Shown piece after piece: positions 17,709-31,349 of a DNA stretch of 57,885 nt. The stretch spans positions 1 to 57,885 of the IMG/VR virus record IMGVR_UViG_3300046170_000085; one strand, given 5' to 3'. Made by a program: the position numbers and the translations under genes. The number at the start of each line of letters is the position of its first letter. The stretch's first letter is position 1. The stretch is from a virus. Its lineage: Duplodnaviria; Caudoviricetes. The notes beneath the pieces are model-generated. The model had not been told where the DNA came from, searched no databases, and saw only the letters and a program-made list of their open reading frames with translations.

Positions 17709-17866
17709 GATTACGTTGATTACAGTATATACGCTTTGCCAGAGATTTTATTTTTTTTTTTTTTTCAAATCTGAAATGGCGTAATCTTTGTAAACGGCGT
17801 AATCAAGACCTTATTTATATAGCTCGGTATGATTACGGTAGATTACAAAAGAGGCTAAATGATTAC
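17709..17866. repeat. GATTAC repeat cluster with poly-T (candidate replication origin)
   Basis: GATTAC at 17709, 17718, 17831, 17841, 17861; inverted GTAATC at 17781, 17799; T15 at 17751-17765. Confidence 0.6.
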
Positions 17867-17939
17867 ACTTTATTTTAAGAAATGTATTTGATGCCCTTGA
17901 TTAGTTGCAGTATGGTTGTTGAAAACACAGGATGTAGAA

Positions 17940-18512
17940 ATGGGGTCTATAAAGAAAAAAGTGGAGGCTGAACATGACCGTCAGCTTACCAACAGGCAGA
18001 TGACATTCGCTCGAAAAATAGTTGAAGGCATCTACTCTAATGCAGAATGTGCTAGACTTGCAGGGTATGCTCCAGAACTTGCATCGAAACAAGCATCTGT
18101 TCTTTTAAATGGCAGAGATTATCCCCACGTTGTGGAGTATGTCCAAGAGTTGAGGCAAGAACGAGAGCGTCGGTATGGTGTGACAACCATCGGTCAACTT
18201 GAAAGATTACATTCTCTATCTCTTGGTGCTGAAGATGCAGGGCAGTTCTCTGCTGCTATAAATGCGGAGAAGATCCGCTCTGCTTTGGGTGGTCTGACTA
18301 TCGACAGACGAGAGACAATCAATACCATTGATCAACTATCAAGGGATGAGATTACAGCAAGACTTGCGGCACTACAAAAACAATATCCGCAAGCATTCCA
18401 GATTGATGCAGACTACAAGGATATTACACCAGATGAGCAAGGGTCAGGAAGCGAACTTCTGGAGCACACTAAGACAGAACCTACCGAAGAAGTGCTTCGC
18501 AACGCGGATTGA
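17940..18512 (+). CDS. Terminase small subunit
   Basis: LTNRQMTF....SNAECARLAGY...ASVLL HTH typical of TerS. Confidence 0.75.
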   Translation: MGSIKKKVEAEHDRQLTNRQMTFARKIVEGIYSNAECARLAGYAPELASKQASVLLNGRDYPHVVEYVQELRQERERRYGVTTIGQLERLHSLSLGAEDAGQFSAAINAEKIRSALGGLTIDRRETINTIDQLSRDEITARLAALQKQYPQAFQIDADYKDITPDEQGSGSELLEHTKTEPTEEVLRNAD

Positions 18513-18864
18513 AAACGTGCATGGGGGCGGTGTTCCTGATGTGCATTTCATCTGGGATGGGTTGCCGTTCTGGTGTGAATTGAAAGTATCCAAAAGTAAT
18601 GCAGTAGCAATCTCTGCTCATCAAGTTGCTTGGAATACAGCATATTGGGTACGAGGTGGGGCAAATTTCTTCTTAGTAAAGAGCCTCAAGGAACGCGATC
18701 TAATTTTATTTGACGGTGATCAGGGGGCTGATTTGATACAGGGTGGGATCTCTGCGGCTCAAGGTTCGCGGTTCACGAACCCTGCGTCTTTGTTCTGCGC
18801 CCTGCGGCCCAGGTTAGAGCGCCGGATCTCTGCGACCCTGCGGCCCTGCGACTCTGCGGCCTAG
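18433..18864 (+). CDS. PD-(D/E)xK nuclease (VRR-NUC/Holliday junction resolvase-like)
   Basis: EANFW...RIEN..GGVPDV...WCELKV...QVAW. Confidence 0.8.
   Translation: MSKGQEANFWSTLRQNLPKKCFATRIENVHGGGVPDVHFIWDGLPFWCELKVSKSNAVAISAHQVAWNTAYWVRGGANFFLVKSLKERDLILFDGDQGADLIQGGISAAQGSRFTNPASLFCALRPRLERRISATLRPCDSAA
18769..18862. repeat. Cluster of ~9-nt CYCTGCGRC repeats
   Basis: Tandem ctctgcgac/ccctgcggc units; 17-mer cctgcgactctgcggcc repeated at 19679-19695. Confidence 0.7.
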
Positions 18865-18898
18865 TGTATATGTGCTTGTGCCTTGGGGCAAGTGTAAA

Positions 18899-18916
18899 GG
18901 GGAGCCGCAGCTCCCC
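18899..18916. terminator. Hairpin between convergent genes
   Basis: GGGGAGC-CGCA-GCTCCCC between the stops at 18864 and 18923. Confidence 0.6.
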
Positions 18917-18922
18917 CAGGAT

Positions 18923-19603
18923 TTAGTGCTCCACTATGGCAATTGATTTTGCAAGGCTCGATCCCTTGCATAGCTTGCAGGCGGTGCATTGCACCCGTCG
19001 CCCTGCTTCCTTGGATGCCGGACATAGGGCTTCGTTTGCCTTGTCGATCTGGCCTAGATCCGCGACAACTCGGAACGTCCGACGACCTTGCTTCCAATGC
19101 ATAACTGCTTCCGCGTGGCTATCCGCGCTTTGCATTGCAATGTCGGGTCGCCATGGTTTTTGATGAGTGTATGCCGTCCACGTTTCGCACTCGGATAAAA
19201 GGTTATCCCAAACATGCGACGGAACGGCGGCAGGATCGCCATAGGTTCCAATGCGAACGAAACGACCACGACCCATTGTTGCCGCGTCTCCCGTTTGATA
19301 AACTCCGCGCTTGTATGCTTTCCATACGATTAAAACGCCTTGCCCTAGATTGACGTAACACTTGCGACCCTTTGCTTGCTTGCGTTCTGGATCCGTTGTA
19401 ACTTCGCCACGCATTGGACAATCGCCACAAATAGAATAATCTTCGCCAGTCTTCGACGCTTCAAGTGGGTTTATATCTTCGCGCAATATATAAGTTTGCA
19501 CGACCTTTCCCGTTTTAGTATTCCGATTGGAATAGGTGGCAATAACTACAATTGGTTTATCATCCAATAAGCTAGGCCCGTTGTAAATGATAGCTGATTT
19601 CAT
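18923..19603 (-). CDS. Cys-rich GP88-like (possibly radical-SAM-fold) phage protein
   Basis: NTKTG, CGDCP..KCYV, RIGTYGDP, AYTH, CPAS..CTACKLC. Confidence 0.6.
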   Translation of the reverse strand: MKSAIIYNGPSLLDDKPIVVIATYSNRNTKTGKVVQTYILREDINPLEASKTGEDYSICGDCPMRGEVTTDPERKQAKGRKCYVNLGQGVLIVWKAYKRGVYQTGDAATMGRGRFVRIGTYGDPAAVPSHVWDNLLSECETWTAYTHQKPWRPDIAMQSADSHAEAVMHWKQGRRTFRVVADLGQIDKANEALCPASKEAGRRVQCTACKLCKGSSLAKSIAIVEH

Positions 19604-19631
19604 GTTTAATTCCTTACTAGTTAACAGTCCG

Positions 19632-19660
19632 ATTATACACCGGCCACAAGTAAACAACAA
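19632..19660 (-). promoter_or_regulatory. Sigma70-type promoter
   Basis: TTGTTG-17 nt-TATAAT upstream of ATG 19603. Confidence 0.65.
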
Positions 19661-19924
19661 GTAAAATATATTTTTATTCCTGCGACTCTGCGGCCCTGTG
19701 TTTATATATTCAAAAGCCCTGCGGCCTTGCGGCCCCAGGGCTATCGAAAGGAAATGCCCGGTAACCCTGGGCCAGGGATTAGTGTTACATTACAGCTGCG
19801 CCATACAATAAAAAGATTACAGCGAATAGGATTACGAATAGCGCAATCCCGCCTAGTAGATCCTCGAGGGCAGACGATGGTCTGCCCTGGATCCAGTTAA
19901 TTAGTGTCTGGATAGCGTGGATCA

Positions 19925-20251
19925 TTAGAACTGTCCGAAATCTATATCTTTGGCGATCAGTTCTTTTCCGTTTGTGATCTTCCCGTTTGACATATCGACC
20001 ACGTAGTGCCCGTTATCAAAGTCTTCCTTGTGTTGAACTATACCTAGCGATAGACCACCGTCTATCTCTTGGTGGTACGTGCCAATCAATCGAGCCAGTG
20101 CATACTGGCAATCATTATGGCGCATTCTTGGCGCAGCTTTCACTACTACCTCAATCACTCGCTCGGGAGACCCGTCCCAATGCACGTAAGCATAGCACGG
20201 GAACGAATCCCCCATGCTGTCTTTTACTTCTATTGTTGCTCTATTTCCCAT
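19925..20251 (-). CDS. Hypothetical early protein
   Basis: MGNRATI...YVHWDGSPE motif; strong RBS. Confidence 0.7.
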   Translation of the reverse strand: MGNRATIEVKDSMGDSFPCYAYVHWDGSPERVIEVVVKAAPRMRHNDCQYALARLIGTYHQEIDGGLSLGIVQHKEDFDNGHYVVDMSNGKITNGKELIAKDIDFGQF

Positions 20252-20323
20252 TGTCTTTCCTTTCTAGTTAAGATGCCAAGCGCATCACGGATGAGCCAGT
20301 TTCCTGGCTCATCTCTGATATGC

Positions 20324-20596
20324 TTAGACGTTGTACTCGTCTCGCCATTCTGGATCGGCATCTACAAGTTGCCCGAACTGTGTGATCTCACGGGCATAGG
20401 TGTCTCCCTCTTCGTAACCTCCGTCAAACATCATAGGCGATGTAGCTGCGACGTACCATCGAGCGTATGGATCTTTTGCTTCAGAACTAGAATGTTTGTA
20501 GGTTTTGAGAACTTTCCATACCCAACCTTGGCTGTTTGCATATACTGCGTATGGTTTATCTTGATCACGTTTCTTTCCGAATTTATTCTTAGGCAT
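20324..20596 (-). CDS. Hypothetical early protein
   Basis: GAAAGGA RBS; coding-like composition. Confidence 0.7.
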   Translation of the reverse strand: MPKNKFGKKRDQDKPYAVYANSQGWVWKVLKTYKHSSSEAKDPYARWYVAATSPMMFDGGYEEGDTYAREITQFGQLVDADPEWRDEYNV

Positions 20597-20661
20597 GTTC
20601 TTTCCTTTCTAATTGAACAGTTTGATTGTAGCCCGATTGTTGTCGGGCTACAAGTGTTTAT

Positions 20662-20892
20662 TTAAACTATCTCGAACCTTTTTACTTCGGTACTCTTAAC
20701 GTGTTTCTGCCAAGTACTTGGGCGGTGCTCTTTCCACCATGCTAGTGATGGCGCTCTCTGTGAGATTGTGATCTTCCACATTGCCCAACCTTTCATGATT
20801 GCTTCCTCACGTAATGCCTCACGTTTCTTTTGTAGAAGCTTGATACCAGTTTCTACTTCGGCAAGTTCTGTGATTAGATTTCTTTTAGTCAT
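20662..20892 (-). CDS. Hypothetical early protein
   Basis: Shares a 23-nt leader with the 20251 gene. Confidence 0.65.
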   Translation of the reverse strand: MTKRNLITELAEVETGIKLLQKKREALREEAIMKGWAMWKITISQRAPSLAWWKEHRPSTWQKHVKSTEVKRFEIV

Positions 20893-20936
20893 TGTCTTTC
20901 CTTTCTAGTTAAAGTGTAACTCTTGTTACAAGTAAC

Positions 20937-20964
20937 AAGATAAACATCTACAAGTAAAAGTCAA
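20937..20964 (-). promoter_or_regulatory. Possible sigma70 early promoter
   Basis: TTGACT-16 nt-TATCTT on the minus strand. Confidence 0.4.
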
Positions 20965-21266
20965 GTGCTCTACAAGATTTATTTTAATTAATTTCAAATT
21001 AATTCGACCAAGGTTCGGGGTTACTGTGCCGCGCTGCGGCACGATTGCTGCAACGCAGCAAGGGGCACCCCCCCATATATAGAGGGTGCATAGCACACAA
21101 TACTGTCTATAATATTGGTATTGTAAATTCATTCGGGGATAATTCCATTGGGGCAACAACTACTCAACAACTAGGTTCCCTAGCCCCCAGAAAAAATTAC
21201 GGGTGTATTTTCATTTGGGTTTATTGTAAAGTGTCACCAGAACCAAGGAGCGAGGTTAAATCCTAG

Positions 21267-21911
21267 ATGTCCGAGAACAACAGGCACAGGCGTGTAGCTT
21301 CGCAGATGGCGGAGCGGTATGGTGTTGATCCAGAGGTATTTACTCGATTGATTGCGAGGGAGAGCAGTTGGGATCCTAATGCGAAGGGTGCTAACGGTGA
21401 GCTTGGTTATACTCAGATTATGTTGGAGACGGGCATTGATCCGGGGTACGGGGTTAAGCCTATCAGTGATCGGAATGATCCGATTGATAACTTGCGGTTT
21501 GGCGCGGAGTATTTGGGTGCGTTGGTAAAAGAGTACAACGGGGATTATAACAAGGCATTGATGGCGTATAACGGTGGTCCGGGGAACGTGAACAAGGGCA
21601 CGGTATCGAATGCGGCACAGAAGTACGCGGCGGAAGTTATGAGCGGGAAGGAAGTTCAGACTAAACCCAAACCACGGCCCACGGGTCTTGTACCGCAGGT
21701 AGCGGACAAGCGGGGGATGGATGCGATTAGCAAGGGGATCATGGATTTTTTGAATCCGAAGCCTTTGCCTTTGAAGGCTCCGCCTCCTCTTACTCGGACA
21801 CGTAGGAGTGGTCGGATGAGTCCGTTGAGTGGAACGGGGATTCCGGGTTTAGGGAACATCAAGAGGTATTCGACACCTGGTGGAATAGAGAGTTTGTATC
21901 GGGGTAAGTAA
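21267..21911 (+). CDS. Soluble lytic transglycosylase (SLT) domain protein
   Basis: LIARESSWDPNA..GELGYTQIM, NLRFGAEYL, ALMAYNGGPG. Confidence 0.92.
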   Translation: MSENNRHRRVASQMAERYGVDPEVFTRLIARESSWDPNAKGANGELGYTQIMLETGIDPGYGVKPISDRNDPIDNLRFGAEYLGALVKEYNGDYNKALMAYNGGPGNVNKGTVSNAAQKYAAEVMSGKEVQTKPKPRPTGLVPQVADKRGMDAISKGIMDFLNPKPLPLKAPPPLTRTRRSGRMSPLSGTGIPGLGNIKRYSTPGGIESLYRGK

Positions 21912-22357
21912 TGGAGTATTCGACGGCTACGGTTGATGATTCTTTGGACGTGACGCACATTTGGAGAAGGTTTCAGCAAGAAAGCAGTCAGTCTTATGTT
22001 GATTTTGACTGGGACAAGGCCCACGAACAGGTTTTGTCTTGGATTGAGGATAAGGATTGGGAAATATTTTTAGCTTGGAAGGGTCGTATATTGTGTGGTG
22101 TATTGATTGGTGCGGTGACCACGTATCCTTATTCTAGGGCACTTATTGCGGGGGATTATATATGGTATATTATACCAGAGTCTCGTGGTGGGATGACAGG
22201 GGTGAGATTAATGCGTATGATGGAAACGTGGGCTAGAGATCGAGGAGCGGTATCGATGGAGACTGGATCTACTTCTGGGGTTGAGAATCGGGCTATGGGT
22301 TTAATGGAGAGATTAGGGTTTTCTCCTGTTGGCATGTTAATGCGGAAAGGTTTGTGA
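21911..22357 (+). CDS. GNAT-family acetyltransferase
   Basis: [17 protein letters not shown]...WARDRGA...MERLGF. Confidence 0.85.
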   Translation: MEYSTATVDDSLDVTHIWRRFQQESSQSYVDFDWDKAHEQVLSWIEDKDWEIFLAWKGRILCGVLIGAVTTYPYSRALIAGDYIWYIIPESRGGMTGVRLMRMMETWARDRGAVSMETGSTSGVENRAMGLMERLGFSPVGMLMRKGL

Positions 22358-22358
22358 G

Positions 22359-25921
<3,563 letters not shown>

Positions 25922-25925
<4 letters not shown>

Positions 25926-27386
25926 ACTTACACGCCTTACCAGAAGAAGCTCTGAAAGAGATACTAGCCCTTACGGAGGCTAAGAAAACATTAGATCTGC
26001 GTGAAAAAGCGCAAGATTATTTCATGCCCTTTGCTCATCATGTGTATGAGAACTTCATTGAGGGCAGGCACCATCGAGTTATTGCGGAAAAGCTTGAGCA
26101 AGTGGCGCAGGGTAAGTTAAAACGTTTGATCATTAACATGCCACCTCGTCATTCTAAGTCTGAGTTTGCTAGTTTCTTGATGCCTGCTTGGTTTCTGGGG
26201 CGCAATCCAAAGCTCAAGATCATCCAAGCTACACACAATACGGAACTTGCGGTGCGTTTTGGACGCAAGGTTCGTGATCTTATAGACGATCCACAATATA
26301 AAGACATCTTTCCTGATACTAACTTGAAAGAAGACAACAAAGGAGCGGGTAAATGGCAAACCGACAAGGGTGGTGAGTATTTTGCGGCGGGTGTTGGGGC
26401 TGCGGTTACTGGTCGTGGTGCGGACTTGTTTGTCATTGACGACCCTCACTCGGAACAGGACGCTCTAAGCGAGAGCGCATTCGACAATGCGTATGAATGG
26501 TACACTTCTGGACCTCGTCAGAGGCTTCAACCGGGTGGTTCGATCATAATTGTTATGACTCGATGGGGTAAAAAGGACTTGACAGGTCGTTTGATAGCGG
26601 CACAGGGCAGTGATGTCATGGCAGATCAGTGGGAAGTGGTGGAATTTCCTGCAATTCTACCATCAGATGACCCATTATGGCCTGAGTTCTGGGAAAAAGA
26701 CGCTTTACTGGGAATAAAAGCATCACTTCCTGTGGGGAAAATGGAATGCGCAGTGGCAGCAAACGCCAACTACGTCCGAATCTGCCATAGTTAAGCGGGA
26801 ATGGTGGCAACCGTGGGAAAAAGAAGAGATTCCCCCTGTAAAATACATACTTCAGTCCTATGATACCGCGTTTTCCAAGAAAGAAACGGCTGATTACAGC
26901 GCGATTACTACTTGGGGAGTGTTTGAACCAGAAGAAGGTGGCCCTGACAACATAGTATTGATGGATGCGCAGCGGGGTAGGTGGAATTTCCCTGAATTAA
27001 AGGAGAAAGCCTACCAAGAGTACGAGTATTGGGAGCCAGATATGGTACTTGTGGAGGCAAAAGCTACTGGTACACCGTTGATTGACGAGTTGCGTTTACG
27101 TGGTATTCCTGCATTAGGCTTTGCTCCAGGCAAAGGACGTGATAAGGTAACGCGAATGCACATGGTTGCGCCATTGTTTGAAGCGGGTGTAGTATGGGCA
27201 CCAACGGACAAGAAATTTGCAGATGAAGTCATAGAAGAAGTTGTTTCATTTCCTAATGGCGATCATGATGACTTTTGTGATAGTATGACTTTAGCATTAA
27301 TGCGTTTTCGCCAAGGAGGGTTTATCTCTCTACATGGTGAGAATGAAGAACAAGAAGAATATCGCAAGAAGCGGGAGTATTATTGA
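25922..27386 (+). CDS. terL: Terminase large subunit (one apparent 1-nt insertion at ~26738-26741)
   Basis: [25 protein letters not shown]; removing one A restores [12 protein letters not shown]; nuclease half has SYDTA and [12 protein letters not shown]. Confidence 0.93.
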
Positions 27387-29857
27387 TGGCATTACCACCT
27401 CTAGTAGATTCAGGAATCAGGCCCGAAGACATGATACCCACTGAAGCGTCAGTTGATGTATCAGTTGCACAACCAGAAACTTTTGAAAGTGGTGCGGAAG
27501 TTATTCCTGACGGGCAAGGTGGTGCAGTTATTCAAGCTCTGACACAGGCTCTCATGGGAGCCGAGCAAGAGCAACAGGTTCCACATGACGCAAACATAGC
27601 GGAGTTATTAGATGATGGGTATCTTGGAGAACTTTCTACGGATCTTAGGGGGTCTTATGAAGAGGATATGGAGTCTCGTTCAGAGTGGGAAGAGACTTAT
27701 ACTAAGGGTCTTGATCAGCTTGGTGTCAAGCATGAGGAACGCTCTCAGCCATTTGAAGGAGCTTCTGGAGTCACTCATCCCCTGATTGCGGAGAGTGTTA
27801 CTCAGTTTCAAGCGCAAGCATATAAAGAACTGTTACCATCTGGTGGTCCAGTAAAGACTCAAGTCTTGGGTTTACAGGATGCAGCTAGAGAAGAACAAGC
27901 TTCTCGTGTTAAGAACTTTATGAACTATCAGATTATGGAGGTCATGGAAGAGTTCGATCCAGACATGGATCAGTTGTTATTCTATTTACCGTTGTCTGGT
28001 TCTACATTTAAGAAAGTATATTTTGATCAAGCAAAACAAAGGGCGGTATCTAAGTTCATTCCGGCGCAGGATCTGGTTGTACCTTATGCTGCATCGGATC
28101 TGGCGACTGCTTCTCGTGTTACGCATGTTCTACGCATGGACGCGAATGAAGTTCGCAAGATGCAAATCGCGGGGGTCTACAAAGATGTAGAACTAAGCAA
28201 GTATGATGAGGGTGAAGACGAGGTTCGTCAGAAGATAGACGAGATACAAGGTACATCTAAGACATACACAGACGAAGTGTTCACTATTCTAGAGATGCAT
28301 GTCGATCTAGACCTTGAGGGTTTTGAGGATATGTCTCCAAACGGAGAGCCAACGGGGATAGCACTTCCTTACATTGTTACGATTGATGAGGGATCTGGGA
28401 AGATTCTAGGCATACGTCGTAACTTTGAAGAGGGTGCGGGGCTTGCAAAGAAAACACAGTACTTTGTGCACTATAAGTTTATGCCAGGTCTAGGCTTTTA
28501 TGGCTTTGGCCTGATCCACATGATTGGTGGCCTTGGTCGTGCGGCAACGAGTATCCTTCGACAGTTGATCGATGCAGGTACACTTGCCAATCTCCCAGCA
28601 GGATTCAAGGCCAGAGGGGTGCGGGTTCGCAATGATGACGAGCCTTTGCAGCCTGGGGAGTGGCGGGACATCGATGCACCTGGCGGGAATATACGGGATT
28701 CGATTATCCCGCTGCCATACAAAGAACCATCTGGTACGCTGGCACAGCTACTGGGTGCGCTCATAGAAGGCGGTAGACGCTTTGTTTCCCTTGCCGACCA
28801 GCAGACTGCCGACGCGAACGGTCAGGCTCCTGTAGGGACGACTGTGGCTCTCCTAGAGCGTGGTATGAAAGTCATGTCCGCTATTCACAAGCGGCTCCAC
28901 TACTCACAGAAACAGGAGTTCCGTGTACTAGCGCGGATCTTCCGTGACAATCTACCACCAGAATACCCTTACGATGTTGAGGGTGGTAACCGAATGATCA
29001 AAGCAGAGGACTTTGATAATCGTGTTGACGTTATTCCTGTAAGTGATCCAAACATATTCTCAATGGCACAACGGGTTACACTAGCACAAACACAGTTGCA
29101 GCTTGCTCAGTCTAATCCACAGGTACACAATCTACACGCGGCTTATCGCCGGATGTACCAAGCCCTCGAGGTACAGAATATAGATGAGATACTGCCTCCA
29201 CCACCACAACCACAGCCATTAGATCCTGCTATTGAGAATGCTCGTGCATTGATGGGAGAAATATTAAATACATTTCCAGAACAAGATCACGATATACACA
29301 TCCGTATACACATGGCGTTTATGAAAACACCACTTGTTATGACATCACCACAAGTCATGGGTACGTTCTACTCACACATTATGGAGCATGTTTCACAAAA
29401 AGCACGACAGATGGTGATGGAAGAAATAAAAGGTATTATAGGACAAGCAGAACTTGCAGCGCAAAGTGGAGCAATAGATCCGCAAGCAGCGCAAGTACAG
29501 ATTATGAAAGTACAACAGGATATGCAAGATCCTGCACAGATGGAGTCATTGATATCTTTGCAGATGGAAAAACTTATGGCAGAGGTTCTACCTGGATTGT
29601 TACCAACGGGTAATGATCCAATGGCAGATCCACTTGTTCAGATCCGTATGCAGGAGTTGGCTCTGAAAGAAAAAGATCTACAGCGTAAAGTAGAAGATGA
29701 TCAAGGTGACATGCTGATGGAACTACAGAAGATGCAGCAACGTGCAGCAACTGATGCTGCTCGTATTGAAAGCCAAGAAGACATTGCCCAGAACCGTAAC
29801 GAAGTAAACCGTGAACGCATTGACGTGCAGCGTCAGGCGGCGCAGCGGAGGGGATAA
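27386..29857 (+). CDS. Portal protein
   Basis: Follows TerL; HPLIAE, LPLSGSTFKKVYFD, GFYGFG, long Q-rich barrel tail. Confidence 0.88.
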   Translation: MALPPLVDSGIRPEDMIPTEASVDVSVAQPETFESGAEVIPDGQGGAVIQALTQALMGAEQEQQVPHDANIAELLDDGYLGELSTDLRGSYEEDMESRSEWEETYTKGLDQLGVKHEERSQPFEGASGVTHPLIAESVTQFQAQAYKELLPSGGPVKTQVLGLQDAAREEQASRVKNFMNYQIMEVMEEFDPDMDQLLFYLPLSGSTFKKVYFDQAKQRAVSKFIPAQDLVVPYAASDLATASRVTHVLRMDANEVRKMQIAGVYKDVELSKYDEGEDEVRQKIDEIQGTSKTYTDEVFTILEMHVDLDLEGFEDMSPNGEPTGIALPYIVTIDEGSGKILGIRRNFEEGAGLAKKTQYFVHYKFMPGLGFYGFGLIHMIGGLGRAATSILRQLIDAGTLANLPAGFKARGVRVRNDDEPLQPGEWRDIDAPGGNIRDSIIPLPYKEPSGTLAQLLGALIEGGRRFVSLADQQTADANGQAPVGTTVALLERGMKVMSAIHKRLHYSQKQEFRVLARIFRDNLPPEYPYDVEGGNRMIKAEDFDNRVDVIPVSDPNIFSMAQRVTLAQTQLQLAQSNPQVHNLHAAYRRMYQALEVQNIDEILPPPPQPQPLDPAIENARALMGEILNTFPEQDHDIHIRIHMAFMKTPLVMTSPQVMGTFYSHIMEHVSQKARQMVMEEIKGIIGQAELAAQSGAIDPQAAQVQIMKVQQDMQDPAQMESLISLQMEKLMAEVLPGLLPTGNDPMADPLVQIRMQELALKEKDLQRKVEDDQGDMLMELQKMQQRAATDAARIESQEDIAQNRNEVNRERIDVQRQAAQRRG

Positions 29858-30333
29858 TGGACCCCGTCAGTTGTGTCATGATGGCAACTGGGGCTTTTAA
29901 AGGATTAAAGTCTGCCATTGCCGCAGGGAAAGATCTTCAGGATATGACAGGTCAATTGTCTAACTGGGGTAAGGCTTTTTCTGATTTCACAAACATTGAA
30001 GAACGTGAGAAGAATCCTCCGTTTTGGAAGAAGACGTTTAAGGGCTCCGATGAAGAGACGGCTCTAGAAATCTTTGCTAATAAGAAAAAAATGGAACAGA
30101 TGAGGGCAGAGATTAAAGATCATATCTCTTGGAACTATGGGCCGAGTGCATGGAAAGAAGTCCTACAGATAGAGGCCCAGATGCGTAAGCAAAGAAAAGA
30201 TGAACTGTATCGTAAGCAGGAGCAAGTTGATGCGGCTATCAACTTTGCTATTGGTGCTTTTATCTTTGTACTAAGTGGTGGAATATTGTTTATTGCTTTT
30301 TATTTTTTAGGCAGATGGCAGGGGCGTTGGTAG
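29857..30333 (+). CDS. Hypothetical protein with C-terminal TM helix
   Basis: Coupled to portal; hydrophobic C-terminus. Confidence 0.7.
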   Translation: MDPVSCVMMATGAFKGLKSAIAAGKDLQDMTGQLSNWGKAFSDFTNIEEREKNPPFWKKTFKGSDEETALEIFANKKKMEQMRAEIKDHISWNYGPSAWKEVLQIEAQMRKQRKDELYRKQEQVDAAINFAIGAFIFVLSGGILFIAFYFLGRWQGRW

Positions 30334-30510
30334 ATGTGGGTTTTACTTTGGGTTCAATTAACAACAAGCGCAGCTACTGGTGGTGACTTTGAACATTATC
30401 ACGTAGGAAGTTATACTAAACAAGAGGTGTGCGAATTAGCAAAAGAAGAGGCTAAAGTTCTTGTAACGAACGAAAAATCAAAAGTTGTGTGTATTAAAAT
30501 AGAACTGTGA
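30334..30510 (+). CDS. Small hypothetical protein (not in ORF track)
   Basis: MWVLLWVQL...C...CIKIEL, directly after the upstream stop. Confidence 0.5.
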   Translation: MWVLLWVQLTTSAATGGDFEHYHVGSYTKQEVCELAKEEAKVLVTNEKSKVVCIKIEL

Positions 30511-30616
30511 TTGTAGTTGAGCGGCGTGGAAAATACATAATATATGACAAATCTGGTAAAGTTGTTATAATCACACGGGAAAAAAGAATAGCGGTTGCAT
30601 ATGCGAGGTCAAAGAA

Positions 30617-30967
30617 ATGACAGAGTTTGAAAAAGCAGATACCAATAACAATGGCGTTATAGAGAAATCAGAGTGGAATAAAATTGCTCTGGAGGATAGA
30701 CGACTTGAGATGATTGACCGGGATCTCAAGCGTAACGCAGAGCGACGTTTTACAGGTTTTGCTTTAATGGGAATGTTGATCTACCCGTTCATCATCTTGC
30801 TTGCTTCAGTACTTGGATTTGACAAAGCGGCAAGTCTTATAACAGATATAGCAAGTGTATATGTCATAGCAGCTTCTGGAGTGGTCGCAGCTTTTATGGG
30901 ATTCAATGCATACAGCGCAAAGTCTGAAGCTAAGAAAACAAATATTAAGATGGAGGAAACTTGTTGA
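30617..30967 (+). CDS. Membrane protein with EF-hand loop (holin/antiholin-like)
   Basis: DTNNNGVIEKSE plus two TM helices, in the lysis cluster. Confidence 0.65.
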   Translation: MTEFEKADTNNNGVIEKSEWNKIALEDRRLEMIDRDLKRNAERRFTGFALMGMLIYPFIILLASVLGFDKAASLITDIASVYVIAASGVVAAFMGFNAYSAKSEAKKTNIKMEETC

Positions 30968-31347
30968 TGTTACAGTCATTGATAGGACCAATAGCTAATT
31001 TAGCAGGGAGTTGGTTCGATGCAAAGTCACAGGCACAAGCTGCAAGTGCAAAGCTAAAGCTAACAGAGGCAGAAGCCAAAGCTAAGATAATGCTTAGTAA
31101 GGAAACAAGTGTCGCTGATTGGGAACGCATCATGGCGCAAGGATCTCAGTCTAGTTGGAAAGACGAATGGTTCGTTATTGTCCTGTCTATCCCGCTTGTT
31201 TTAGCGTTTGTTCCAGGCACTGAGGGTTGGGTAGATAGTGGTTTTGAACAACTCTCCAAAGCACCAGACTGGTATTTTTACAGTTTAGGTATCGCCATAT
31301 CAGCGTCATTTGGTGTGCGTGGTGTACAGAAGTTCTTTAAGAGGTAA
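30967..31347 (+). CDS. Putative holin
   Basis: SWKDEWF, PDWY, SASFGVRG; TM segments upstream of the endolysin. Confidence 0.65.
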   Translation: MLQSLIGPIANLAGSWFDAKSQAQAASAKLKLTEAEAKAKIMLSKETSVADWERIMAQGSQSSWKDEWFVIVLSIPLVLAFVPGTEGWVDSGFEQLSKAPDWYFYSLGIAISASFGVRGVQKFFKR

Positions 31348-31349
31348 TT

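Noticed and set aside
26735-26745. Programmed frameshift or pseudogene in TerL
   Set aside because: An essential gene restored by deleting one A; the same error type is demonstrated in the terminal overlap
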